From contig JAZAMN010000057.1 of assembly GCA_036229005.1 (NCBI GenBank), positions 45,910 through 109,909 on the forward strand: a stretch of 64,000 nucleotides of DNA. Direction: 5' to 3'. Position numbers and translations under genes: made by a program. Within the stretch, counting starts at the first letter, position 1; every line of letters begins with the position of its first letter. Below are positions 46,913-55,253 of this stretch, piece after piece. Below the pieces are notes generated by a model. The model made no database searches. It was not told where the DNA came from and was given only the letters and a program-made list of their open reading frames with translations. The stretch comes from Myxococcota bacterium. GTDB taxonomy: Bacteria; Myxococcota_A; UBA796; CAJQPC01.

Positions 46913-48037
46913 TCACGCCTTCGGCGCGAACAGCCCCACAGGCTCTGAGACACCCTTCACCGCGACCCGAGCGACCTCCCGCCAGCTCTGGAACGCGAGC
47001 TGCGCGATGTCCTGACTGGCCAGCACGGGCTCGCCCAGCGTCGAGCACTGGCTCTCCACCCGCGCCGCCAGGTTCACCGCCGGCCCGATGACCGTGAAGT
47101 CCAGGCGCCCCGGCGAGCCGATGTTGCCGTAGGACACCTCGCCCAGGTGCAGGCCCACGCCCATCCGGATGCGGGGCTCGCCGCCTCGGGCGTCCAGGCG
47201 CACCTGCAGGTCCTGAGCGGCGGAGAGGGCCCGATGTGCGGCCTCGCCGTCGTCGTCACCGTCCGAGGGGAACACCGCGAGCACGCCGTCTCCCATGAAC
47301 TTGAGCACCTCGCCGCCGTGGTCCTCGACCACGCCCACCACGCGCTCGAAGGCGTCATTGAGCAGCCCCAGCAGCGCGTCCCGGGGCAGGGACTCGGAGA
47401 GCTGCGTGAACCCGCGGACATCCGAAAACCAGACCACGGCGCGGAGGGTCTCGCCATCTCCTCGCTTGACCTGTCCGTGAAAGACGCGTTTGCCCGCATT
47501 CCGACCCAGGTAGGTGCGCAGCAGTGTGTAGGTGACCAGATCTGCTGCCCTCGGCTCCAGGACCGTCGTGAGGACCGGCATCACACCCCGGAACAGGGCC
47601 ACGTGCTCCTGGGTGAAGGCCTCGCGGGTGCTGAAGGTCAGGCCGCCCGCCCACACGCCGCGGAAGTGCACGGGCAGGGCGAACTGCTCGCGGTAGCCGC
47701 GGCCAAAGAGCGCCTCCAGGTCGGGCATGTCCGGCGCGGAGCCCACCTTGAACCAGGTCTCCGGCGCCCCGTGGCGCAGGCGCAGGATGGGGCTGTCCCG
47801 CTGGGCCAGGTGGTCGAAGCGGGCGTAGGACATGGACGATTCGCGCACCTCGTCCCCCTCGCAGACCCAGAAGAAGGCGGCCGCCTGGGGGTGCAGCACC
47901 TTGGTGCCGAACCAGAAGCGGTCCACCGGCGCGTGGCGCCGGAGCTGCTGGGCGAATGCACCGACCACCTCGCGGACGGTGGGGAGCATGCGGCCGTGGT
48001 CGAGCAGCCAGGCGGTCAGGTCCTCGGTGGGTGTCAT
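46913..48037 (-). CDS. Class III adenylate/guanylate cyclase with an N-terminal GAF-like region
   Basis: WFSDVRGFT, GGEVLKFMGDG, GLHLGEV.YGNIG...RLDFTVIGPAVNLAAR (K and D indicate ATP specificity). Confidence 0.9.
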   Translation of the reverse strand: MTPTEDLTAWLLDHGRMLPTVREVVGAFAQQLRRHAPVDRFWFGTKVLHPQAAAFFWVCEGDEVRESSMSYARFDHLAQRDSPILRLRHGAPETWFKVGSAPDMPDLEALFGRGYREQFALPVHFRGVWAGGLTFSTREAFTQEHVALFRGVMPVLTTVLEPRAADLVTYTLLRTYLGRNAGKRVFHGQVKRGDGETLRAVVWFSDVRGFTQLSESLPRDALLGLLNDAFERVVGVVEDHGGEVLKFMGDGVLAVFPSDGDDDGEAAHRALSAAQDLQVRLDARGGEPRIRMGVGLHLGEVSYGNIGSPGRLDFTVIGPAVNLAARVESQCSTLGEPVLASQDIAQLAFQSWREVARVAVKGVSEPVGLFAPKA

Positions 48038-48054
48038 GGGGGGAGAATAATTAT

Positions 48055-49124
48055 TGTATGGGGGTCTCGCGACCCCCCTGAACCCCGGCGGAGCCGGGGT
48101 CACCCCCCGCGGGCCTTCCGGGGGGACAGAAGCGGAAGCAACCCTCGGCGCGTCGGCGCGGCTGCGCCGCTTCTTGGGCTTTGTCGGGTTGCTCCCAGCC
48201 CCCCTACAGGCCGGGCTGCAGGCGCAGGTTTGCGCGGGGTGTTTTTTGTATGGGGGTCTCGCGACCCCCCTGAACCCCGGCGGAGCCGGGGTCACCCCCC
48301 GCGGGGAGTTCGATCGGACGGGTACGAGGCGTTCGGCCCTGCGCGTCGGCGCGGCTGCGCCGCTTCTTGGGCTTGAGCCGATCGCCTCGGCCGACCGCCC
48401 TCCCGTGCAGGCGAGGGTCTACGCCGCGCCCCCGCGGAGCCTGCGGCCGGTCATGAGCGCGCAACCCCAGCTGAATGCACCCACTCGCTGCGCAACCCCA
48501 GCCGAGTGCACCAACTCGCTGCGCAACCCCAGCCGAATGCACCAACTCGCTGCGCAACCCCAGCCGAGTGCACCACCAGGCACCGATCTGGGGCCCAGAA
48601 GGGGGCTCCCTGGTGCATTCGCCCCGGGTTGGGCCCGTCCACGGTGCATTCGCCCCGGGTTGCGCCCACCCGTGGTGCATTCACCCCGGGTTGCGCCCCT
48701 GCTGTGCACGTCTTACGCCTGTGCAGGCGTTAGACCGAACTCCCAGGCTGCAGGCGCAGGTTTGCGCGCTGCAACCTCCCAGTGGACTGGGTCGAAGCCC
48801 TCGGTAGACCGACCTCCTCGGCTGCAGACGCAGGTCTGCGCGCTGCAACCTCCCTATGAGCCAGGCCAGTCGCCTCGACAGACCGAACTCCACCTGCGGC
48901 TACGGGCTCCCAATGAGCGCCCCCCCTTGGCTACGGGGCCTGAGTGAGCGATGCGCCGAGGCTACGCCCCACCGGTGAGCGCTCTTTGCGGCAGAAGGGC
49001 GCCCAAACCGGTGGTTCTGGCCCCAAAGAGGCCCCTCAGGACCTCCCAGACGCCAAATCGGTGGCCCGAACGCTCACCGGTGGGCCGTAGCCAAAAGAAA
49101 GCGCTCACTCGGCCCCCGTAGCCA
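48055..49124. repeat. Composite repeat region: two family C REP-like units, opposed family D 31-bp arrays (48457-48729) and a family A element (48898-49124)
   Basis: TGTATGGGGG(G)TCTCGCGACCCCCCTGAACCCCGGCGGAGCCGGGGT twice; CGCAACCCCAGCCGAGTGCACCAACTCGCTG units; GGCTAC/GTAGCC arms. Confidence 0.85.
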
Positions 49125-49131
49125 CGGCCCC

Positions 49132-49755
49132 TCAGCCCATCATCGCCGAGGTCAGGTGCACCATCACCTGGCGCCGACCAAAGCCCAGCTCGCCGCACAC
49201 TGGCAGGAGCTCGGCCACGTAGTCGCCCATAACGTCCGAGAACAGCAGGTCCAGGGGACCGCCAAAGCGCGCGTCCAGGGCCTCGCCAAGGTGGTCGAGC
49301 TGCTGCAACACGGGCTCAGAGCGGCCGGTGAACAGGGCAAAGTTGTCCTCGACGGTGAACCCCAGTGCAGAGATCTGGGCGGCAGCCAGAGCCGCGGTGG
49401 TGGAGGACGCCTGGAGCGCAAACGACGCAGCCGCCTCCCCCTCCGCAGACAAGCGCCCGCCCTGTTGGAGGGCCCGGTACAAGGTCACCCCCAGCAGTTC
49501 GAGGAGGAGGCCCTGGATCCACAGGGCGTCGTGGGGCCCACCCTGGCCTTCGGCCGCACCCAGCAGCGGGGGCAAGACCTCGGCCAGCTCGGTGCCGGCG
49601 AGGACATCCTGGGACGGAACGAGCGCGGCGATCCGGGCGGCGGCCTCGCGCTTGTCGTCGGTCAGCAGGGCGGGGGCCTGGGCGGCGTAGCGGGCGGCGG
49701 TGTGGGTCTCGACGCGGTGGAGCAGGCTCCACAGGGCGGCCTCGTGCTCAGTCAT
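49132..49755 (-). CDS. Degenerate ferritin-like / ADO-like paralog (probably non-catalytic)
   Basis: WIQGLLLELLGVTLY aligns with ADO LIQSLIIECFAIAAY, and the C-terminus GELGFGRRQVM with ADO NIGF..RDIM; no ExxH motifs; overlaps the upstream gene end. Confidence 0.55.
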   Translation of the reverse strand: MTEHEAALWSLLHRVETHTAARYAAQAPALLTDDKREAAARIAALVPSQDVLAGTELAEVLPPLLGAAEGQGGPHDALWIQGLLLELLGVTLYRALQQGGRLSAEGEAAASFALQASSTTAALAAAQISALGFTVEDNFALFTGRSEPVLQQLDHLGEALDARFGGPLDLLFSDVMGDYVAELLPVCGELGFGRRQVMVHLTSAMMG

Positions 49756-50479
49756 GGGCGGGCTCCTGCTGCTGGCGGTACTTGCGGATCAAGGGCATAA
49801 ACAGGCCGACCACGTTGCGGGTGGCCTCGCGCTCGGAGACGCCGACGCGCTCCAGCAGCTCGGTGTAGCCGTCCATCATCGCGCCCGCGCAGTCCGCGCC
49901 GGAGAGGCCGATCCGGTCGAGCGCGTCGGCGATGTTCATCATCGAGCCGCCCACGCAGTCGATGCCCTGGACGTTGACCCGCTGGGTGAGGGCCACGAAG
50001 GCGTCCTCGCGGTCGAAGAAGCGCAGGCGCAGGCACCGGACGACCCAGTCCACGTGGTAGTGCTCCTCGGCCAGGGCGCGGGAGAAGGCCTCGCGGGCGC
50101 CCGGGTACTGATCCGCGATGGACAGGAAGGGCTGGTAGGTGGCGATGGCCAGGCTCTCGACGATGAAGCCCTAGACCACCAGCAGCGCGTCGAAGTCCCC
50201 GGCGGCGTAGTGGGCGTCGACCTGGTCGACCAGGTAGCCCAGCTCGGCCTCGGCGAACGCGCGGTCCGGGAGCACGCCGTTGTCCTGGGAGACCTGGTTG
50301 AACCACGCGGCGTGCTGGGCCTCCATGCGCGAGAACTTCTGCATGAGCTCGGCGTGCTGGGGCTGGAGCTTGCCGGCCAGGTGGTAGGTGCGCGCGGCGA
50401 CGCGCTCGCCAAAGACGGCGAGGCCCATCAGGCGCCCGAGGGCGTCCTGGGTCTTGGGGCTGTGGAGCGGGGCGTTCAT
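49748..50479 (-). pseudogene. ado: Aldehyde-deformylating oxygenase (long-chain fatty aldehyde decarbonylase) homolog with one in-frame TAG at 50171-50173
   Basis: The ORFs 50171-50479 and 49748-50053 are in the same frame. Read through, the gene gives 243 aa: DA..R......GE..A...Y, MEAQH, PD..FA, LLVV*GFIVESLAIATY, EEHYH and Y.E.L..VG.S.RE, with all six di-iron ligands present. Confidence 0.75.
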
Positions 50480-51591
50480 GGGGTGGAGTCCGGGGAGAGG
50501 CCGGCGGCGCGGTAGGCCTGCAGGCGGGGGGAGCGGGCGATGAAGGCCTCCTGGCAGCGCGCCAGGGTGTGCAGATCCGCCTGGGGACGGGGCAGGCCCA
50601 ACTCCTCCAGGCCCTGCGTCTGGAAGTCCCAGGGCTGCTCGGCGATCAGCAGGTTGGTGGCCGTGATCTCCAGGTAGGTGCGGACCTTGGGGCTCAGGTC
50701 GTGGCTGTTGGCGTCGGCCAGGGTGGCGTGGAAGTGGGCGGTCTCCGGGCGCACGACGCTCTCAAACCACAGGCGCCAGCAGTCGCGCACCCGCGGCAGG
50801 GTCTCGGGGTTGCCCACCAGATGCAGGATGCGGCCAGGCTGGAAGTCGCGGAGGGCGGCCAGGGTGCCTTGGGCCACGGCGTCCTGGTGGACGATCTGCA
50901 CAGGGGCGCTCGAGCCCATGCCGTGCGCGACCTGCCGGGGCTCCCGCAGGAGCATCTTCTCCCAGCCCCGCCAGAGCTGGTAGATGCCATAGGGGCGGCC
51001 GGTGTAGTGACCGCTGCGGCTGTCCCCCATCACGATCGACGGGCGGGTGATCAGCCAGGGCAGCCCGGAGGCCGCGACCAGTTGCTCGCAGTTGCGCTTG
51101 GAGGTCGTGTAGTAGGTGGGGTCCACGGCCGGCCCGCTGTGCAGCGTCTCGTGGATGGGCCCCTGCCGAAAGCCCGAGCAGAAGGCGGTGGACAGGTAGG
51201 TGAAGTGCTCCACCTCCAGCGCCCGGCCCAGCGCGATCGCGGCCTCGGTCAGGGACTCGTTGCCGGCGATCAGGGCGTCCCGGTTGAAGTAGGCCACCGA
51301 CCCCGCGCAGTTCAACAGGCCCCGCACCCCGAAGGCCCGCGCCTGGGGGGCCAGGTCCACCAGGTCGCTGGGCAGCGGCACCACCTGGCAGCGCGCGGAG
51401 ACGACCTCGACGCTCAGCCGGGGGTCTTCTGCAGCGATGGCGGCCAGCACCTGCGCGGGCTCGTGGCGCGCCCGGACCGGCAGCAGGATGGGGCAGTCGG
51501 TGTCGGTGAGCAGGCGGGCGGCGATCACGCGCCCCAGGAAGCCGGTGCCGCCCAGCAGCAGCAGGCTCTCGCCGGTCAGAGGACTAGGCAT
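50476..51591 (-). CDS. Extended SDR / NAD_binding_4 reductase (fatty-acyl-CoA reductase or thioester-reductase-like)
   Basis: GGTGFLG, NCAGSV.Y, N, YLSTAF, YTTSK..CE, RPSIVMGDS and V..D.VA. Confidence 0.8.
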   Translation of the reverse strand: MPSPLTGESLLLLGGTGFLGRVIAARLLTDTDCPILLPVRARHEPAQVLAAIAAEDPRLSVEVVSARCQVVPLPSDLVDLAPQARAFGVRGLLNCAGSVAYFNRDALIAGNESLTEAAIALGRALEVEHFTYLSTAFCSGFRQGPIHETLHSGPAVDPTYYTTSKRNCEQLVAASGLPWLITRPSIVMGDSRSGHYTGRPYGIYQLWRGWEKMLLREPRQVAHGMGSSAPVQIVHQDAVAQGTLAALRDFQPGRILHLVGNPETLPRVRDCWRLWFESVVRPETAHFHATLADANSHDLSPKVRTYLEITATNLLIAEQPWDFQTQGLEELGLPRPQADLHTLARCQEAFIARSPRLQAYRAAGLSPDSTP

Positions 51592-52429
51592 TGGGCACCC
51601 CCCGGGCGCTGAGTTCGTCGGAGATCCGCAGGTAGAGGCTGCGGTAGCGGAACCAGGGCACCCGCGGAAACAGATGGTGCACCGGATGGTGGGTCTGCCC
51701 GAGCGTCAGCAGGTAGAACAGCCCGCTGTCCCGGTAGGTCCGCGGCGCGAACGAGGCGCTGTCAAAGCGCGCCTGGCTCTCGTGGGGCCGATGCGGCAGG
51801 TAGTCGAAGATATATCCCAGCAATGCGCTCGCGCCGATGGCCGGGAGCACCCAGACCAGCAGCAGCGTCCCCCACCCCGCCCAGGCGCCGTAGGCCCCCG
51901 CCAGCGCGAGCACCGGGAGCAGCCCCAGCAGGCTCTGGCGCTGCACCTGACGCACGGACGCTCGGCTGCGGTCTGCCCGCGCCAGCCGAAGGTAATACCC
52001 TGGAATCACTGAGATACAGCGCAAGACCACCCGCCAGAGCGCGGCCCCCGCGACCCAGCGGTCCGGGTCCTTGTCCGGGTGGTTGACGTGGCTGTGGTGC
52101 TGCAGGTGCGACCAGCGAAAGAAGGGGTACGCCGACAGGAAGACCCCCGCGACCAGCCAGCCCACGAGCTCGTCCAGCCAGGCGGCCTGGCGGCCTCCCC
52201 CCACGCTTCCGTGCGTGGCGTCGTGCATCGCGATGAAGATGGTGTAGGCGATCGCGAGCTGCACCGGCGCCACCGCCCAAGCCGGCACCCAGCCCAGCCC
52301 GGCGGCCACCAGACCCAGCCCGAACAGCGCCGGCCCCAGCGTGCCCATCGCCAGCGAGAGCCAGGCGACGCCCCCCGCGTAGGACCGCCACAGCCCCATG
52401 GCCTGCTCCCCGGCTACTTGATCTTCCAC
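51584..52429 (-). CDS. Membrane fatty acid desaturase / hydroxylase
   Basis: His boxes HDATH, HLQHH and HHPVHH; DPD, FDYLPH and P.VPW; several TM segments; AGGAGG RBS. Confidence 0.85.
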   Translation of the reverse strand: MEDQVAGEQAMGLWRSYAGGVAWLSLAMGTLGPALFGLGLVAAGLGWVPAWAVAPVQLAIAYTIFIAMHDATHGSVGGGRQAAWLDELVGWLVAGVFLSAYPFFRWSHLQHHSHVNHPDKDPDRWVAGAALWRVVLRCISVIPGYYLRLARADRSRASVRQVQRQSLLGLLPVLALAGAYGAWAGWGTLLLVWVLPAIGASALLGYIFDYLPHRPHESQARFDSASFAPRTYRDSGLFYLLTLGQTHHPVHHLFPRVPWFRYRSLYLRISDELSARGVPNA

Positions 52430-52530
52430 GCCGCCTCCTGATCCACGTCAGGAGTACCCAATCGAAGAGGGGAACACCACCGATTGAAATCGACCGAAAT
52501 CGCAGGGGGGACCGAGGGGTTTGGGAGCCC

Positions 52531-53604
52531 TCAGGGGCTCAGGCCCACAACGCCCGGCACCTGGTCCCCGCTCAAGGGAATCCGAGCCAGCTCGTCCACC
52601 GTCGAGGTCACCCGCAGCAGCAGCAGCGCCTCGTTCTCGGACACCAGCGCGAGCCCAGCATCGGGGCCCTCGGTCAGCCCGGCGGCGGACCACGGGAGCG
52701 GCGAGGACTGCACCGTCTCCACCTCGCCAGACTCCTTGAGGAGCACGAGCGCATCGGCCCCGTAGGCGGAGAGCACCAGCGCGTCGGAGCCCGTCGGGGC
52801 CGGCACGATGGCGACCGGGTCCACTATGGGTACCTGGTGGCGCTTGGAGAGATCAGCCTCCAGCACCACCACGTGGTTGTCCTGGCCCGACCACAGCGAG
52901 TTGTCGGCGACCCAGACGTGCCCGCCGGGGCCCATCACCGCGTCCGAGATGCTGCTGTCGGCGTAGTCGAAGAGCGCCACGCCGCGCAGGACCTCGCCCT
53001 CGGGGCCGTCCAGCTCCCAGGCGCCGTAGCCGCTCTGGTCGTCGACCTCCTGGGCCACGAGCACCGTGCGCTCGCCCAGCAGCAGGGCCGCCGCCAGCTT
53101 GGAGGAGCGCACGAAGGTGGCCACGCCGGGGGCGCCCGTCTCGCAGTCGATCGGCAGCTTGTAGAGCCCGCCCCCGTTGTTCGCCCAGTTGCCGTCCACG
53201 ATCCACAGCGTGGACCCATCCGGGGAGAAGTGCAGGTTCGACGAGTAGAAGTCGCCGCTGATCGTGGGCTCGACGACCTCGACGGCGCCGTCCAGCGCAG
53301 AGATCAGGCCGATGGTTCCATCCTCCAGGGGGACCGCCCCGATCGCTCCATCCGGCGTCCAAGCCACCCTCCCGAAGGCCGCGCGGGCGCCCAGGGAGAA
53401 GCGGCCGGTCTCGGTGAGGCTGTCGTCCTGGACCCGGTAGGCCACCCAGCCGGTGTCGGGGCTGGCGAAGGGCAGGGAGACCACGGCGCTGTGCACGGCG
53501 TCTGTGGCGGCGGCGCGGCAGTCGGAGCTGGACGCGCCGGTGTCGTCGGGGCCTTGGACCAGGGGGGCGTCGGGGGTGGTGCAGGCGAGCAGGAGGAAGA
53601 TCAC
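52531..53604 (-). CDS. Beta-propeller-like lipoprotein
   Basis: GTG start VIFLLLAC overlapping the upstream stop; WTPDG and FSPDG propeller-type motifs. Confidence 0.65.
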   Translation of the reverse strand: MIFLLLACTTPDAPLVQGPDDTGASSSDCRAAATDAVHSAVVSLPFASPDTGWVAYRVQDDSLTETGRFSLGARAAFGRVAWTPDGAIGAVPLEDGTIGLISALDGAVEVVEPTISGDFYSSNLHFSPDGSTLWIVDGNWANNGGGLYKLPIDCETGAPGVATFVRSSKLAAALLLGERTVLVAQEVDDQSGYGAWELDGPEGEVLRGVALFDYADSSISDAVMGPGGHVWVADNSLWSGQDNHVVVLEADLSKRHQVPIVDPVAIVPAPTGSDALVLSAYGADALVLLKESGEVETVQSSPLPWSAAGLTEGPDAGLALVSENEALLLLRVTSTVDELARIPLSGDQVPGVVGLSP

Positions 53605-54215
53605 GGGCGCCTCGCGATCAGACGGATGACCTCGGCGGGGCCGGAGTGCCCGGGGCCTTCGGAGAGCTCCACGGTGGGGGCGGTGAGGACGAGGATCTCC
53701 AGGGCCCCAAAGTCCTCTCGCAGCATCTGCTCGGTGAACAGGGGCGGAACAGCCGGGGGGCCGCCGCTGGTGCGTCCCAGGGTGCGCTGCTCGGGGCGGA
53801 AGCCCTCCAGGATGACCAGCCCGCCGGGCTTGAGGGCCTGGATCACGGCTGCGTGCAGACCGGGGCGCAGTGGGGGCGGGACGTGCACGAAGGTGAGCAC
53901 AACGGCGTCGACGGGCTCCAGGTCCTTGGCGGCCTGGGGGAAGAGTCCGTGCCGGATGTCGGGGGCCACGCCGCGCTCGGCGGCCAGCTTGCGGGCCTTG
54001 TTGACGCCCTGGATGCTGGGCTCGATGGTGGTGACCTGGTGGCCCTGCTCGGCCAGCCAGACGCCGTTCCGGCCCTCGCCGTCGCCGACCACGAGCACGC
54101 GAGCGCCGGGGGCCAGGTGCTGGGGCACCTGCTCGGCGACAAAGGCGTTGGGGGCGGTGCCGTAGCGGTAGTGCGCCACGCCGTACATCTGATCCCACAT
54201 CGCGCCGACTTCCAT
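53601..54215 (-). CDS. Class I SAM-dependent methyltransferase (TehB-like)
   Basis: MWD..Y....YG..PN.F, VLVVGDGEGRN.VWLA, LKPGG..ILE.F, SGGP and EG..H.G. Confidence 0.85.
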   Translation of the reverse strand: MEVGAMWDQMYGVAHYRYGTAPNAFVAEQVPQHLAPGARVLVVGDGEGRNGVWLAEQGHQVTTIEPSIQGVNKARKLAAERGVAPDIRHGLFPQAAKDLEPVDAVVLTFVHVPPPLRPGLHAAVIQALKPGGLVILEGFRPEQRTLGRTSGGPPAVPPLFTEQMLREDFGALEILVLTAPTVELSEGPGHSGPAEVIRLIARRP

Positions 54216-54240
54216 TCAAACCTCCAAGGGTGGTGGAGGG

Positions 54241-54518
54241 TCTAACGCCTGCACAGGCCGCAAGACGTGCACAGCAGGGGCGCAACCCGGGGCGAATGCA
54301 CCACGGGTGGGCGCAACCCGGGGCGAATGCACCAGGGACGGACACAACCCGGGGCGAATGCACCAGGGGTGGGCGCAACCCGGGGCGAATGCACCAGGGA
54401 CGGACGCAACCCGGGGCGAATGCACCAGGGAGCCCCCTTCTGGACCCCAGATCGGTGCCTGGTGGTGCACTCGGCTGGGGTTGCGCAGCGAGTTGGTGCA
54501 CTCGGCTGGGGTTGCGCC
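54241..54518. repeat. Family D element: opposed 31-bp arrays
   Basis: CGCAACCCGGGGCGAATGCACCA units at 54281, 54312, 54343, 54374 and 54405, then inverted GTGCACTCGGCTGGGGTTGCG units; inverted copy of 48457-48729. Confidence 0.85.
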
Positions 54519-54605
54519 CAGCCGCGCCTCGCCATGCCCCTGCGTGGGACCGGTGAAGGATGGCAGGGAGGCCTAGCTGGGTGACCCTGCATGCAGGAGT
54601 ACGCC

Positions 54606-55211
54606 ATGACCCGCCTTCTGCCTGCGCTTTCCCTGTCCACGCTGCTCGCTCTGGTGCTGCTCGCCTGCGACAAGGACGCCAGTGTCGAGCCCCAGGACGA
54701 CACCCAGACCGACTCGGTGGCAGACACGGCCCCCACCGACGATACCGGCCCGGTCGACGACACCGGCGAGGTGCTGGCCGAGCGGGAGCTGCTGGTCACG
54801 GCGCTGGTGGACGGCCGCGTGAAGGTGCCCGGGCTGACGGTCTGGCCCCAGGGCGGCGTCGACCCCGACCTGCCCCTGACGCCGGAGACCTTGATGGAGG
54901 TCGCCGACGCGATGCACCCGGAGATCAACGACTGCGTCAATGAGTGGGCCCCGGTGCTGCCCCCTGAGCTCCAGGGGCGCCTGGTGCTGGCCTTCACCCT
55001 GGACGAGCAGGGCGTGGACGAAGCCTGGGTCGACGAGGTCGAGGCGCTGCCCGCCGGCGTGCTGGGCTGCTTCTCGAGCGCGGTCTACAACCAGAGGTGG
55101 CCTGCCGCGGAGGGGGGCGTCGAGGTCACGCTGCCCTTCGAGGTCGACATGGGGGACGGTGGAGTGCCTCAGGAGGAGGGCGGGGCCCTCAAGGACCGGC
55201 GGGAGGAGTAG
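54606..55211 (+). CDS. Chimeric lipoprotein: N-terminus duplicated from 57458-60412, C-terminal AgmX/PglI-like domain
   Basis: First ~82 codons nearly identical to the large lipoprotein; the tail has I..C.......GRLVL.FTL...G.......GC...V....WP......VTLPF. Confidence 0.7.
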   Translation: MTRLLPALSLSTLLALVLLACDKDASVEPQDDTQTDSVADTAPTDDTGPVDDTGEVLAERELLVTALVDGRVKVPGLTVWPQGGVDPDLPLTPETLMEVADAMHPEINDCVNEWAPVLPPELQGRLVLAFTLDEQGVDEAWVDEVEALPAGVLGCFSSAVYNQRWPAAEGGVEVTLPFEVDMGDGGVPQEEGGALKDRREE

Positions 55212-55253
55212 AGCGCTCTTTGAATGGGCTCTATTGGCTGGTAGGGTCCGCGC

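Noticed and set aside
48724..48740. GTTAGAC (and GTCTAAC near 54240) as attC cores
   Set aside because: They are part of the family D repeat, with no paired complementary core or cassette gene.
50171..50173. Genome-wide TAG recoding or pyrrolysine as the explanation of the in-frame stop
   Set aside because: TAG terminates several clear genes here (priA at 24174 and the genes ending at 272, 2035, 22923, 24123 and 29843), no pyl genes are visible, and the aligned residue is Gln (CAG), so a point change is simpler.
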